Assembly: GCA_048571215.1 (NCBI GenBank)
Contig: CP182352.1
Location: 1,824,001 to 1,888,000 of the forward strand
DNA from: Halarcobacter sp.
Lineage (GTDB): Bacteria > Campylobacterota > Campylobacteria > Campylobacterales > Arcobacteraceae
DNA: 64,000 nucleotides
Direction: 5' to 3'
Positions within the stretch are counted from its first letter, which is position 1, and every line of letters starts with the position of its first letter. The notes beneath the pieces are model-generated. The model was not told where the DNA came from, searched no databases, and saw nothing but the letters and a program-made list of their open reading frames with translations. The translations under genes were made by a program, and so were the position numbers. Below, one piece after another: positions 9,840-20,265 of the stretch.

Positions 9840-10277
9840 TTAAACTTCCTTATATTCTGTTTTTTTATTTTTACCAATAATCAATAAAATTAAAATTAAA
9901 ATATATGAACTCAATGATAAAAATGGTATATTTATAAATCCAAAATAATTAAAATATTCTGTAGAACATGGGACACCTTGTCTACACGGAACTATTGATT
10001 CTGGAATAATTCCCCACATTAATAGATTGTGATAAATAGAGATTCCCAAACCTACTAAAATCAAGCTAAATGCATATTTAAATACTTTATCATCAGGATA
10101 AAGCAGATTTACTAAAAATATTAAAACCAAAGGATATAAGAATATTCTTTGATACCAACACATGGTACATGGTATAAACTCCATAACCTCACTAAAAAAA
10201 AGAGAACCTAAAGTTGCAACTGAAGCCACTAAAAAACATAAAAAGATTATTGTTTGATTTATATTATTTTTTGACAT
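9840..10277 (-). CDS. dsbB: Disulfide bond formation protein B (BdbC-like)
   Basis: GSLFFSE..FIPCTMCWYQR, second Cys pair, four TMs. Confidence 0.88.
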   Translation of the reverse strand: MSKNNINQTIIFLCFLVASVATLGSLFFSEVMEFIPCTMCWYQRIFLYPLVLIFLVNLLYPDDKVFKYAFSLILVGLGISIYHNLLMWGIIPESIVPCRQGVPCSTEYFNYFGFINIPFLSLSSYILILILLIIGKNKKTEYKEV

Positions 10278-10330
10278 ATATTTCCTGTTTTTTTAATATT
10301 ATATCAATAAGTTTGTGTAGAAGATGTGGA

Positions 10331-11326
10331 TTATTTTTGATTTAAATATGCTGTTCTTATCTCTTTTGCTAATTGATAAACACCCATCACATAATAAACA
10401 CTTCTATTGTATTTACTTATCACTTTATAATTTTTTGTACCATACCATAATTCATCATAATTTTCCCTACTTAGTTTTAATAAATAAACCTTATCATTAT
10501 AAAAAAAGTCTTTAGATTTTGGTTTTATACCTTTTAAATCTTTCCTATCATAGTTTTGATTTAATCCAGTCTTATATTTTGTAAATCTATTTCCCTTATA
10601 TGAAACTCTAGTTGCAACAGGGATTTTTGAGTTCCAACCAAGTTTCTTTAAGAAGTTAGCTATACTTCCTATAGCATCAGCACCATTATTTAAATCAATT
10701 TTCCCATCATTATCAAAATCTACTGCATATGCCATAAAGCTACTTGGCATAAATTGAGCTAAACCAATAGCTCCTGCAAAAGAACCCTTTTGAGTAGCTA
10801 TATCAATTTTGTTTTCTTTTGCTAAAGTTAAATATGCTTTTAATTGCCTTTTGAAAAATTTATTTCGTCTATTTTTTTTAAAAGCTAAGCTTGTTAAACA
10901 ATCAAATACATTTTGCCTTCCCATATATGAGCCAAAATGGGTTTCTATACCTATAATAGCAGTTATATATGTTGAAGGTATTTTATACTCTTTTTGAGCT
11001 TTTAAAAAATATTTTCTATATTTTTGCATAAACTTCAAACCATTTTTTACTCTTTGTTCATTTATAATTTTATTTTCATATTTATCCCAACTTGCTAAAA
11101 AAGTACCCTTAACTTCAAAATCTTTTTTTACCTCTTTTGTATAATAATCTAAAGAAAGTTTTTGCACTTCAACTTTAGAAAAGAGTTTCAAAAGAGATTT
11201 TTTTGTGTAACTAGACTCTTTTGAAAACGATTCAATAAACCTTTTAACATCCTCATTTTTTGTAAAATCTTCAATTTTTGCATCTAAAAATGAAAAAAAG
11301 AGTATTAAATATATAAACAATTTCAT
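10331..11326 (-). CDS. mltB: Lytic murein transglycosylase B family
   Basis: AIIGIETHFG, GSFAGAIGLAQFMPSS, AVDFDNDG and YNRS motifs. Confidence 0.9.
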   Translation of the reverse strand: MKLFIYLILFFSFLDAKIEDFTKNEDVKRFIESFSKESSYTKKSLLKLFSKVEVQKLSLDYYTKEVKKDFEVKGTFLASWDKYENKIINEQRVKNGLKFMQKYRKYFLKAQKEYKIPSTYITAIIGIETHFGSYMGRQNVFDCLTSLAFKKNRRNKFFKRQLKAYLTLAKENKIDIATQKGSFAGAIGLAQFMPSSFMAYAVDFDNDGKIDLNNGADAIGSIANFLKKLGWNSKIPVATRVSYKGNRFTKYKTGLNQNYDRKDLKGIKPKSKDFFYNDKVYLLKLSRENYDELWYGTKNYKVISKYNRSVYYVMGVYQLAKEIRTAYLNQK

Positions 11327-11327
11327 A

Positions 11328-12263
11328 CTATTTTCTTATTGAACTTGCAGTTAAAAAAATATAATATTTACCTGTTAAGGTGACACGAAACTTTTTTTGT
11401 TGCAGATATTTTTTACAAAACATCGCATCTTTATATAAAACTGACATCTCTGAATAGGAATAATTAGCTGCTTTTGCTCCATAAATCAACTCTCCATCAA
11501 GCCATCTACAATTTGGAAAACCTAAAATCATCGCTCCATCTTTTTTTAAATAATTTTGAACTGTAGACATAAATATTTCATTAAAATTTAAATTTGAACT
11601 TTGTAGAGTTCCAATTGAAATAATCAAATCAAATCTACCTAAATCAAGTGCTTTCAAATCATTTATATCGTGGCAATAAAATTTACAATTTTTATCTTCT
11701 TTAAAAAGCTCTTTTGCTTTAGCAATTGCACTTTGGCTATAATCAATCCCTACAAATTCTATCTTAGAAAAAAAAGCAAAACAATCCTTAATAAGTTTAA
11801 ACTCACTACCACTATTTATTCCAAGATTTAATACTCTAGCTCTTTTTTCAATTTTTACTTCACTTAAAGCTTTTAGATATGTACTTAGTATTTCAGGTTC
11901 TTCGTTTTTATTTATAGAGTTAAACTGTGAAGAAACACCATATTTTTCACTACTTTTATCTTCCATATGAAAAGAGTTATTTAAATTGAGTTTTCGAAAC
12001 CTAATTACCACACTATTTTCATCAAGAAATCTAGGTATTAACATCTTGCAAAAAAGCTTTTGAGCTAAATCATTCCAAGAGTTAAGTGACCTATAAATAT
12101 GTATTTTTCCATCTATTTCAATATTAGTTCCAGAATATATAGAATCACCAAAATCAGGATTTAATACTTGAAATTCAATTATTTCATCACTATTCATTTT
12201 TTTAAGATTATCTCTTAAAATATTATAAATATAAAACATTGGTTCATTTGTAAATTTAATCAT
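11328..12263 (-). CDS. Class I SAM-dependent methyltransferase
   Basis: VLNLGINSG, VGIDYS and FDLII motifs. Confidence 0.82.
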   Translation of the reverse strand: MIKFTNEPMFYIYNILRDNLKKMNSDEIIEFQVLNPDFGDSIYSGTNIEIDGKIHIYRSLNSWNDLAQKLFCKMLIPRFLDENSVVIRFRKLNLNNSFHMEDKSSEKYGVSSQFNSINKNEEPEILSTYLKALSEVKIEKRARVLNLGINSGSEFKLIKDCFAFFSKIEFVGIDYSQSAIAKAKELFKEDKNCKFYCHDINDLKALDLGRFDLIISIGTLQSSNLNFNEIFMSTVQNYLKKDGAMILGFPNCRWLDGELIYGAKAANYSYSEMSVLYKDAMFCKKYLQQKKFRVTLTGKYYIFLTASSIRK

Positions 12264-12396
12264 TTTGTATTATAACAATTTTTTTTATATAAGATATTAG
12301 GTGGTAAATATAAGACTTACTTATATTAATATTTAATTAAATTTTAGCTATAATCTTTTTTTATAATATAATTGTAATATACTAAATAGGTCAAAA

Positions 12397-14319
12397 ATGA
12401 TATTTCAAAATGAAAAAAAACTTTTAAAAATAATTAAATACACCCCTTCAATATTTATTATTGTTATCTCAATTATAATCCTTTCTTTACAATTTATTGA
12501 AAAAAATAGCTCAATACAAAAAGAGAAATATAGAATAAAACAAGAGTATAAAAATAAAAATAAAGAGATTATCAAACAAAGAGTCAACGAGGTTTATAAC
12601 TATATAAAAAGAGAAAAAGAATTAACTACTATACAATTAAAAAAATCTTTGAAAGATGAACTTACAAATGCTTATAATATTGCAAATGCAATTTATGAAA
12701 AAAATAAAGACCTACCCAAAGAAAAAATCAAAAAAATTATAATAGAAGCTTTAAGAGAGATAAGATTCAACAATAACAGAGGTTATTTTTTTATTTATGA
12801 AAAAAGTGGAATTAATCTATTACTTCCTCATAATCCTGAACTTGAAGGAAAAGACTTTTTAAATCACAAAGATTCTAAAGGAACCTTGATAATTCAAAAT
12901 ATGATTAAAATACTTTCAAAAAAAAATGAGAGTTATTATGAATGGTTTTGGTATAACCCCATTAGTCCTGATATTATGAGAAAAAAAATTGGTTTAGTTA
13001 AAAACTTTAAACCCTTTAATTGGTTTATAGGAACAGGAGAATATATTGAAGATTTTGAAAAAGAGGTTCAAGAAAAAGTTTTAAGAAATATAAAAGAGAT
13101 GAGATTTGGGAAAAATGGCTACATATTTATAATAAGATATGATACCGTTTATTTAAGTCATATTAGAAAAAACTTTATTGGAAACAGTGCAGTTAAAAAT
13201 AATGATACTATTAGTATTAAAAAAGTAATTAAAGATCTTGTAAAGATTGCAAAAAAAGGTGAAGGTTACTATACCTATGTTCAAAATAAAAAGCCAGATA
13301 ACAATAGAACTATTTATAAAACTAGTTATGTAAAAGGTTTCAATGATTGGAAATGGATGATAGGTACAGGATATTATGAAGATGATATTAATAATCAAAT
13401 AGAATTAAGGAAAAAACAATTAGATGAAAACTTTAGAAAATCTGCAATACAAATAATAAAATATGCAGGGATACTAATAGTCTTACTTCTTTTGTGTTCG
13501 ATTTATTTTTCAAAAATATTACAAAGAAGATTTGAAAAATATAAAGATGAAATAAACCTACATATAAAAGAAAGTAATAAACAACAAAACTTAATAGCTC
13601 ACCAATCAAAAATGGCTGCAATGGGTGAGATGATAGGTAATATTGCACATCAATGGAGACAACCCTTATCTACAATAACAACAACAGCGACAGGATTAAA
13701 ACTTCAAAAAGAGATGGATTTATTAAAAGATGATTTTTTAATAGAAGGATTAGATGGGATAAATAACTCAGCTCAATACCTTTCTCAAACTATAGATGAT
13801 TTTAGAAACTTCTTTAAATCTGACAATAAAGTAGAAAACTTTGAAATAAGTGAAGTTATCAACAAAGCACTTGCTTTAGTTAGTGTGCAATTTCACAACA
13901 GTAATATAGAGATAATTAAAAAAATAGAAAAAATAGAATTAAAAGGGTATCCAAATCAATTAATTCAAGTAATAATTAACCTTTTAAATAATGCAAAAGA
14001 TGAATTGATAAAAAAGAAAGCAGATGAAAGAAAAATTATTTATATAAATATTTTTAAAAATAATTTTAAAATACATATTCAAATTAAAGATAATGCAGGT
14101 GGAATTCCAGAAGAGATTATCTCAAGAATTTTTGAGCCATATTTTACTACAAAGTATAAATCACAAGGTACAGGTATAGGTTTATTTATGAGTAGAGAAA
14201 TTATTATTAAAAATATGTTTGGTTCCATTGAAGTTGAAAACTATATGCTTAAAGATAAAAATATTGAATACAAAGGTGCTCTATTTGAAATAATACTACC
14301 TTTAGATATTACTATATAA
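12397..14319 (+). CDS. Sensor histidine kinase with tandem Cache domains (no adjacent regulator)
   Basis: Two Cache repeats (GYFFIY...WFIGTG; GYIFII...WMIGTG); H-box IAHQWRQP; DNAGG and GTGIGL. Confidence 0.92.
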   Translation: MIFQNEKKLLKIIKYTPSIFIIVISIIILSLQFIEKNSSIQKEKYRIKQEYKNKNKEIIKQRVNEVYNYIKREKELTTIQLKKSLKDELTNAYNIANAIYEKNKDLPKEKIKKIIIEALREIRFNNNRGYFFIYEKSGINLLLPHNPELEGKDFLNHKDSKGTLIIQNMIKILSKKNESYYEWFWYNPISPDIMRKKIGLVKNFKPFNWFIGTGEYIEDFEKEVQEKVLRNIKEMRFGKNGYIFIIRYDTVYLSHIRKNFIGNSAVKNNDTISIKKVIKDLVKIAKKGEGYYTYVQNKKPDNNRTIYKTSYVKGFNDWKWMIGTGYYEDDINNQIELRKKQLDENFRKSAIQIIKYAGILIVLLLLCSIYFSKILQRRFEKYKDEINLHIKESNKQQNLIAHQSKMAAMGEMIGNIAHQWRQPLSTITTTATGLKLQKEMDLLKDDFLIEGLDGINNSAQYLSQTIDDFRNFFKSDNKVENFEISEVINKALALVSVQFHNSNIEIIKKIEKIELKGYPNQLIQVIINLLNNAKDELIKKKADERKIIYINIFKNNFKIHIQIKDNAGGIPEEIISRIFEPYFTTKYKSQGTGIGLFMSREIIIKNMFGSIEVENYMLKDKNIEYKGALFEIILPLDITI

Positions 14320-14438
14320 AATTATTTTATTTTTTTAAATACACTATTTTTTATACAGAAATAAATGAATACTTAATCATAAATTGATTACAATATCAAC
14401 AATATATATAAGTTATGCCTAAAATTAAAGGAGCAGAA

Positions 14439-15674
14439 ATGTTTGGTAATGTTTCTAATAAAGATTTAAAAATAATAGATGATTATTTTGTACAATTACT
14501 AGATTATAGCCGATATAAGAAGAATCGATTTGATTATATAAAATCAACAGGTAATAAAAGAATAGATACATTGCTTACAAAATGGAATAGTTTAATCGAA
14601 GCTGCGGATAAAGATATTAAAAATGATATGAAAGTTATTGGTGAGGTTGTTCTAACTTCAGATAAAGTTGATCAAGGTATTTATAAATGTAGAATTAAAT
14701 CTACTTCAACAAACCCAATGATTGCAACATTAATTAAAACTATGAATACAATGCTTGATAGTCTAAATGATTCTACAAGTAGAATATTAAGAGTTATGAA
14801 TAGCTATACTAATAATGACTTTAGGGACAAAATCAATATAAATCCTAGAACTAAAGATGAACTTTTAGAATTAATGCAAAGTATTAATATCTTAGGTGAA
14901 GCCTTAGGTGAAGCTGCAAAAATGAACTTAGAAAATGGTCAAACTTTAGAAAACAACTCTTCAACTATGACAGCATCTATGAATAATTTAGCAGCAAAAG
15001 CAAATGAACAAGCAGCTTCACTAGAACAAACGGCAGCTGCCTTAGAGGAGATTACAAGTATTACAAGAAGTAATGCTGACAATGCTTCAAAAATGGCTAC
15101 CCTAGGACAAACGGTTAAAAACTCTGTAAATGTAGGAGAAGATCTTGCTGCAAAAACAGCCTCTTCAATGGAAGAGATAAATGAAAAAGTTACAGCAATC
15201 AATGAAGCAATAACAGTAATAGACCAAATTGCCTTTCAAACAAACATTTTATCACTAAATGCAGCAGTTGAAGCAGCAACGGCAGGTGAAGCTGGAAAAG
15301 GTTTTGCAGTTGTTGCAGCAGAAGTAAGAAACTTAGCCTCAAGAAGTGCAGAAGCAGCAAAAGAGATTAAAAATTTAGTTGAAGATGCTAATAATAAAGC
15401 AAATGAAGGTAAATCTATCTCAGCAGATATGATTAATGGATATGAACAATTAAATAAACATATTTCTGAAACGATACATATTATTGAAGATGTTAGTACA
15501 GCTTCAAAAGAACAGATGACAGGAATCGAACAAATAAATGATGCAATGAATATGTTAGATAAAGTTACTCAAGAAAATGCAAATGAAGCTAACAATGTAA
15601 AATCTATATCTAAAGCAGTATTTAAAATGGCAAATGAATTAGTAAATGATGCTCAAAATAAACAATTTAATTAA
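14439..15674 (+). CDS. Cytoplasmic methyl-accepting chemotaxis protein
   Basis: [34 protein letters not shown] signalling hairpin; no TM; ATG 14439 has AGGAG RBS (track start 14415). Confidence 0.92.
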   Translation: MFGNVSNKDLKIIDDYFVQLLDYSRYKKNRFDYIKSTGNKRIDTLLTKWNSLIEAADKDIKNDMKVIGEVVLTSDKVDQGIYKCRIKSTSTNPMIATLIKTMNTMLDSLNDSTSRILRVMNSYTNNDFRDKININPRTKDELLELMQSINILGEALGEAAKMNLENGQTLENNSSTMTASMNNLAAKANEQAASLEQTAAALEEITSITRSNADNASKMATLGQTVKNSVNVGEDLAAKTASSMEEINEKVTAINEAITVIDQIAFQTNILSLNAAVEAATAGEAGKGFAVVAAEVRNLASRSAEAAKEIKNLVEDANNKANEGKSISADMINGYEQLNKHISETIHIIEDVSTASKEQMTGIEQINDAMNMLDKVTQENANEANNVKSISKAVFKMANELVNDAQNKQFN

Positions 15675-15690
15675 CTAGTAGGAGATTATT

Positions 15691-16095
15691 ATGGCAACAG
15701 GACAAGAAACAGTATTGGATGAATATGCCTTTCTAGTAAGTGAAACAAATGAAAAAGGAATTATAACTTTTGCTAATGACGATTTTTGTAAAATTGCAGA
15801 ATATGAATTAGATGAACTTATAGGAAAACCTCACAATTTAGTTAGAAGTCAAACTATGCCTAAAAAAGCTTTTAAAAGCTTATGGGACACAGTACAAAAA
15901 GATGAAGTTTGGACAGGACTTGTGAAAAACTCTACAAAATCAGGTGGATTTTATTGGGTATTTGCAACGGTTTATCCTTTTGAGAGTTATGATGGTTCTA
16001 GAGGATACTTATCGTGTAGAAGAAAACCAACAAAAGATGAGATAGCCCAAGCAGAAGAACTTTATATTCAATGGAATAAGCAAGAGGGAAAATAA
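15691..16095 (+). CDS. Stand-alone Aer/CetB-like PAS domain protein
   Basis: LVSET..KGIITFANDDF, ELIGKPHN, W.G.VKN..K.G.FYWV motifs. Confidence 0.88.
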   Translation: MATGQETVLDEYAFLVSETNEKGIITFANDDFCKIAEYELDELIGKPHNLVRSQTMPKKAFKSLWDTVQKDEVWTGLVKNSTKSGGFYWVFATVYPFESYDGSRGYLSCRRKPTKDEIAQAEELYIQWNKQEGK

Positions 16096-16312
16096 GTTAT
16101 AAAAACTCTATTTTATAAATTTCAAATCCTTTTATTTTGTTTCTATTATTTGTAAACTTAAACTACTTTTTTCCTCAAAACTTATAAAAAAATATATAAT
16201 TTTTATTATAGTTATATAATATTTTGATAAAATTAACACTTATATCACGGGTTATGGTATATGTTTAATTTACAAATAAATATTTTATATTTAAAATACT
16301 CAAAGGCCAAAA

Positions 16313-18853
16313 ATGAAAATAAAAACTTTAAAAAACTATTTTAGAATATCAATCTTGACAATTACTATAAGCCTTTTTTTTATTTTTTATCTTTTTTCAT
16401 CAACTATCCACACTAACTTAACTAAACAAGAAAACCAAAAGACATCAGAGTCTTTATCAAAACAAATTTTTAATTCAATGTACCAAGTGATGAGAAAAGG
16501 TTGGTCAAGGGAAGATCTTGTAACATTTATAAATGTTACAAAAAGCTCATTTAAAGAGAGTTCTTACAAGGTTGAAATATTTAGATCTCATAAAGTTGAA
16601 GAGCTTTTTGGGACTATACCACAAGCTGATATTACAAATGATATAAAAAAAGTATTTGATACAAAAAAGAAATATTTTACATCAAAAGATAATAAGACAC
16701 AAATCATCACTCCAATACTTGCAAATGAGGAATGTTTAACTTGTCATACAAATGCAAAAAAAGGGGATATTTTAGGTGCAGTTGAAATCTCCTATGATTT
16801 TAACGATATTATAAATGAAACACAATTTAATTATTTTATTTTTTCTCTTATTATTTTGCCAGTTATGATAATAGCAGCTTTCTTATTATCAGGTAATCTA
16901 CTAAAAAAAATCAATCGCTCATTAACTAATTTTAATGAAAAATTAGAAAATATCAATAGTGTAAAAGATTTTAAAAATTTAGACACTACAAATACAAAAG
17001 AGAGTTTTAAAGAGTTTCATCTACTTATGAATGGTTTAAATGATTTAAGTAACAAACTAAAAAATATAGCAGTTGATAAAAGTATTTTGGAGTTTGAAGT
17101 TAAACTACTTGATAAGATGGTTATTACCTCAGATATAATTAGAGATTGGAAAGATTATATAAAAGATTTATTACACGAAATAAATATTGTTTTACCAGTT
17201 TATTGCTTAATAACTATTTTTAAAACAAATGATGAATTTTATGAAATAGAGATATTTTGGCTTGGTAAACCTAGTGATAAAGTATTAAAATATATGAATA
17301 ATATAGCAAAAGACTTAATAAAAACCCATCATAACTTAGATATTGTAGAGTGTGTTATTAATAATAACTTTACAAATGAAGAGTTTTGTTTAACCTCTCT
17401 TGCAATAGATGATATAGAGCATGAAGCAAAATCTTTATTGTTAGATTCTCCTAAAATTGGGGGAATAGTAGGTCTTGGTATCCAATCTAAACTAAATAAA
17501 GACTCTATTCAATCTATAGTTATAGATTCAATTTTAACCACTTTACTAAATCTTGTAGGTTCTATAAAAGCTATAAACAAATACACTGAAAATTTAGAGT
17601 TTTATGCCACAAGAGACCCACTTACTGGTTTATTTTCTCAAAGAGTATTTAGAGACTTAGTTGAATATGAAATAAAAAGAGCTGGAAGACATGAATATAA
17701 ATTTGGACTTCTAGTAATTGATTGTGATAATTTTAAACCAATAAATGATACTTATGGTCATAGTTTTGGTGATGAATTTTTAAAAGCATTTGCTGATGTT
17801 TTAACCTCTTCAAAAAGGGATGAAGATATTTTATCTAGATATGGGGGAGATGAATTTACTGTAATTTTACCTGAAAGTAATGAACAAGAGACATATACTG
17901 TAGCAAATAGAATTCTACGAAATGTAGAAAACTTAAAACTAAATGCACCTGATGGAACAAAATGTAATATGACTGTATCGATAGGTATTGCAGTGTTTCC
18001 TGACCACTCAAAAGAATCAAAAGAGTTGTTTAATATTGCTGATGCGATGATGTATGAAGCAAAAAATGAGGGTAAAAACTCAATAAGATTCCCTAATGAA
18101 GCAGAAATTGAAGAGATTCATAGGGATAGTGAAGATAAATCTATGATAGTTTTAGATGCAATTAGAAATGAAAATATAATTCCACACTTCCAACCTATTG
18201 TTGATGTTAAAACTGGTGTTTGTGAGATAAATGAACTTCTTATGAGAATTGAGATTGATGATGAAATATTACCAGCTGGAAGATTTATCGAAACAGCAGA
18301 AAGTCTTGGAATTGTTCATAAAATGGATTATATAGTTATAGAAAAAGCTTTTGAAAAAATCAAAGAGACTAATTATAAAGGCTTATTATTTGTAAACCTA
18401 TCACCAAAGGCACTAATAATTGGTGAATTTATTAATAAAATCGTTAATCTTACAAATATATATGAGATAGACAAATCTCAAATAGTATTTGAGATAACAG
18501 AAAGGGAAACTGTAAAAAGTTTCTCATTACTTGAAAAGTTTGTTCAAAACCTTAAACTTGAAGGCTTTAGTTTTGCCATAGATGATTTTGGTTCTGGATT
18601 TTCATCTTTTCACTATATAAAAAGATTCCCTATTGATTATATAAAAATTGATGGTGATTTTATTGTAAATATACACAAAGATGAAAAAGATTATGCCTTT
18701 GTTAAATCAATTGTTGCTTTAGCAAAAGATTTAAATGTAAAAACTATTGCTGAATTTGTTGAAAATGAAGAGATTTTAAAATTTTTAAAAGATATTGATA
18801 TTAATTTTGCACAAGGATATCACTTAGGTAAACCTAATAAAAACCTTTCATAA
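16313..18853 (+). CDS. Membrane GGDEF-EAL protein with periplasmic CXXCH motif
   Basis: Two TMs flanking CLTCH; RYGGDEF; ELL-type EAL with DDFGSG. Confidence 0.92.
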   Translation: MKIKTLKNYFRISILTITISLFFIFYLFSSTIHTNLTKQENQKTSESLSKQIFNSMYQVMRKGWSREDLVTFINVTKSSFKESSYKVEIFRSHKVEELFGTIPQADITNDIKKVFDTKKKYFTSKDNKTQIITPILANEECLTCHTNAKKGDILGAVEISYDFNDIINETQFNYFIFSLIILPVMIIAAFLLSGNLLKKINRSLTNFNEKLENINSVKDFKNLDTTNTKESFKEFHLLMNGLNDLSNKLKNIAVDKSILEFEVKLLDKMVITSDIIRDWKDYIKDLLHEINIVLPVYCLITIFKTNDEFYEIEIFWLGKPSDKVLKYMNNIAKDLIKTHHNLDIVECVINNNFTNEEFCLTSLAIDDIEHEAKSLLLDSPKIGGIVGLGIQSKLNKDSIQSIVIDSILTTLLNLVGSIKAINKYTENLEFYATRDPLTGLFSQRVFRDLVEYEIKRAGRHEYKFGLLVIDCDNFKPINDTYGHSFGDEFLKAFADVLTSSKRDEDILSRYGGDEFTVILPESNEQETYTVANRILRNVENLKLNAPDGTKCNMTVSIGIAVFPDHSKESKELFNIADAMMYEAKNEGKNSIRFPNEAEIEEIHRDSEDKSMIVLDAIRNENIIPHFQPIVDVKTGVCEINELLMRIEIDDEILPAGRFIETAESLGIVHKMDYIVIEKAFEKIKETNYKGLLFVNLSPKALIIGEFINKIVNLTNIYEIDKSQIVFEITERETVKSFSLLEKFVQNLKLEGFSFAIDDFGSGFSSFHYIKRFPIDYIKIDGDFIVNIHKDEKDYAFVKSIVALAKDLNVKTIAEFVENEEILKFLKDIDINFAQGYHLGKPNKNLS

Positions 18854-18877
18854 TGTTATTGTTTTGTTATTAATAAA

Positions 18878-18886
18878 TGGTATAAT
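18878..18886 (+). promoter_or_regulatory. Extended -10 promoter, probably leaderless transcript
   Basis: TGgTATAAT ends 5 nt before ATG 18892; no SD. Confidence 0.6.
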
Positions 18887-18891
18887 ACATT

Positions 18892-20265
18892 ATGAAAGAT
18901 AAAGTATATGTATTAGATACCAATATTATCCTACAAAATGTACAAAACCTAAATAGAATATCTGACAATAACACTAATGTACTTGTTATACCTGAAACAG
19001 TTTTATTAGAATTAGAGGACAAAAAAAAACTAACAAATGAGTTAGGTTATTATTCTAGAGAATTTGCACGACTGCTAGCTAATATGAAAATAAAAGAGGT
19101 TGATTATAAAAGTGGCTTTAAGGTTGTTAAACTCTTCAATAATGAGTTAAACTTACATATTATCTCAAAAGATAAATACGAATCCCAAATTGAACAAGTT
19201 CATATAAGTGAAAGCAATGACAAAAGAATAATTGAGGTTGCAGTTATTGCCCAAGATTATTATAAGGGTGCAAAAACATTCTTCTTATCACTTGATGTTT
19301 ATGCTAGAACTTTTGCTTTATTTAAAGGAATTAAAGCTGAAACTTTACATGATGATAAATCTACAGTTCCTAAATTTGAGTTTCTCAAATATCTAAAACT
19401 TGACTCATCACTATTTAATAGTTTAGAAGGTAGTGATATAGAATTATATGACCCTGAGTATAGTTATGAAAACTTTTGTTATGCCTTTGAAAGTGAAGAT
19501 GGAAACTCAACTTTTGCAATAATCATAAATAAAAAGATTTTTCTTTTAAATGAATCAGATTTTAAAGCCTTGCAAGTAAAACCTGTAAATCTAAAACAAA
19601 AACTATTTATGAAAGCTATTTTATCTAAGATGTTTGATTTACTTGTAATTGATGCAAAAGCAGGTTCTGGAAAAACTTTGATGTCTATAGTTTCAGCAAT
19701 GAGACTAATTGATTTAGGACAATATACTAAAATAGTTTATGTTAGAAACTCTATTGAATCTCTTGATAAAGGTGCTGATGTAGGTTTTTTATCTGGAAAT
19801 GATGAAAAATTTAGAATCTATAATATGGCTTTACAAGATACTTTAGAGTTTATCGCAAAAAAACAATTAAAAAAGAATGAAAATAGAGAAAATAAAGAAT
19901 CAATTGAGTCTAAAATATCTGAACTAACCTCAAGATATTGTATAGAAACTTTATGGCCAGGGGAAGCTAGAGGAAGAACTCTATCAGAAGCTATTGTTAT
20001 AATGGATGAATGGCAAAACTCTTCTGAAAAAACCACACAACTAATCCTTAGTAGACTTGATGAGTCGTGTATGGCTATAATTATTGGTTCAAATAGACAA
20101 ATTGATAACTTATATCTAAATAAATATAATAATGGTTTAACAACCCTACTTAAACGAACAAAAGAAAAACATCCAGAACTAAATATGTTTGCAATAGAAC
20201 TTGAAAAAGCAGTTCGTGGTAAATTTGCAGAGTTTACCGAAAGAATATTTGAAAGGAAAAAATAA
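18892..20265 (+). CDS. PIN-PhoH (PhoH2/YlaK-like) protein
   Basis: N-terminal PIN (VLDTN, ELE, ND..I); P-loop AKAGSGKT; GFLSG, RGRTL and MDEWQN motifs. Confidence 0.9.
   Translation: MKDKVYVLDTNIILQNVQNLNRISDNNTNVLVIPETVLLELEDKKKLTNELGYYSREFARLLANMKIKEVDYKSGFKVVKLFNNELNLHIISKDKYESQIEQVHISESNDKRIIEVAVIAQDYYKGAKTFFLSLDVYARTFALFKGIKAETLHDDKSTVPKFEFLKYLKLDSSLFNSLEGSDIELYDPEYSYENFCYAFESEDGNSTFAIIINKKIFLLNESDFKALQVKPVNLKQKLFMKAILSKMFDLLVIDAKAGSGKTLMSIVSAMRLIDLGQYTKIVYVRNSIESLDKGADVGFLSGNDEKFRIYNMALQDTLEFIAKKQLKKNENRENKESIESKISELTSRYCIETLWPGEARGRTLSEAIVIMDEWQNSSEKTTQLILSRLDESCMAIIIGSNRQIDNLYLNKYNNGLTTLLKRTKEKHPELNMFAIELEKAVRGKFAEFTERIFERKK

Noticed and set aside
14384..14399. TTGAT-N6-ATCAA as an FNR box
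   Set aside because: FNR spacer is N4; the spacer TACAAT is more likely a -10 element
20250..20265. Possible -1 frameshift fusing PhoH to the HD protein at G-AAA-AAA
   Set aside because: Not a proper X-XXY-YYZ heptamer and no stimulatory structure seen; SD plus ATA is simpler, though fusion is not excluded
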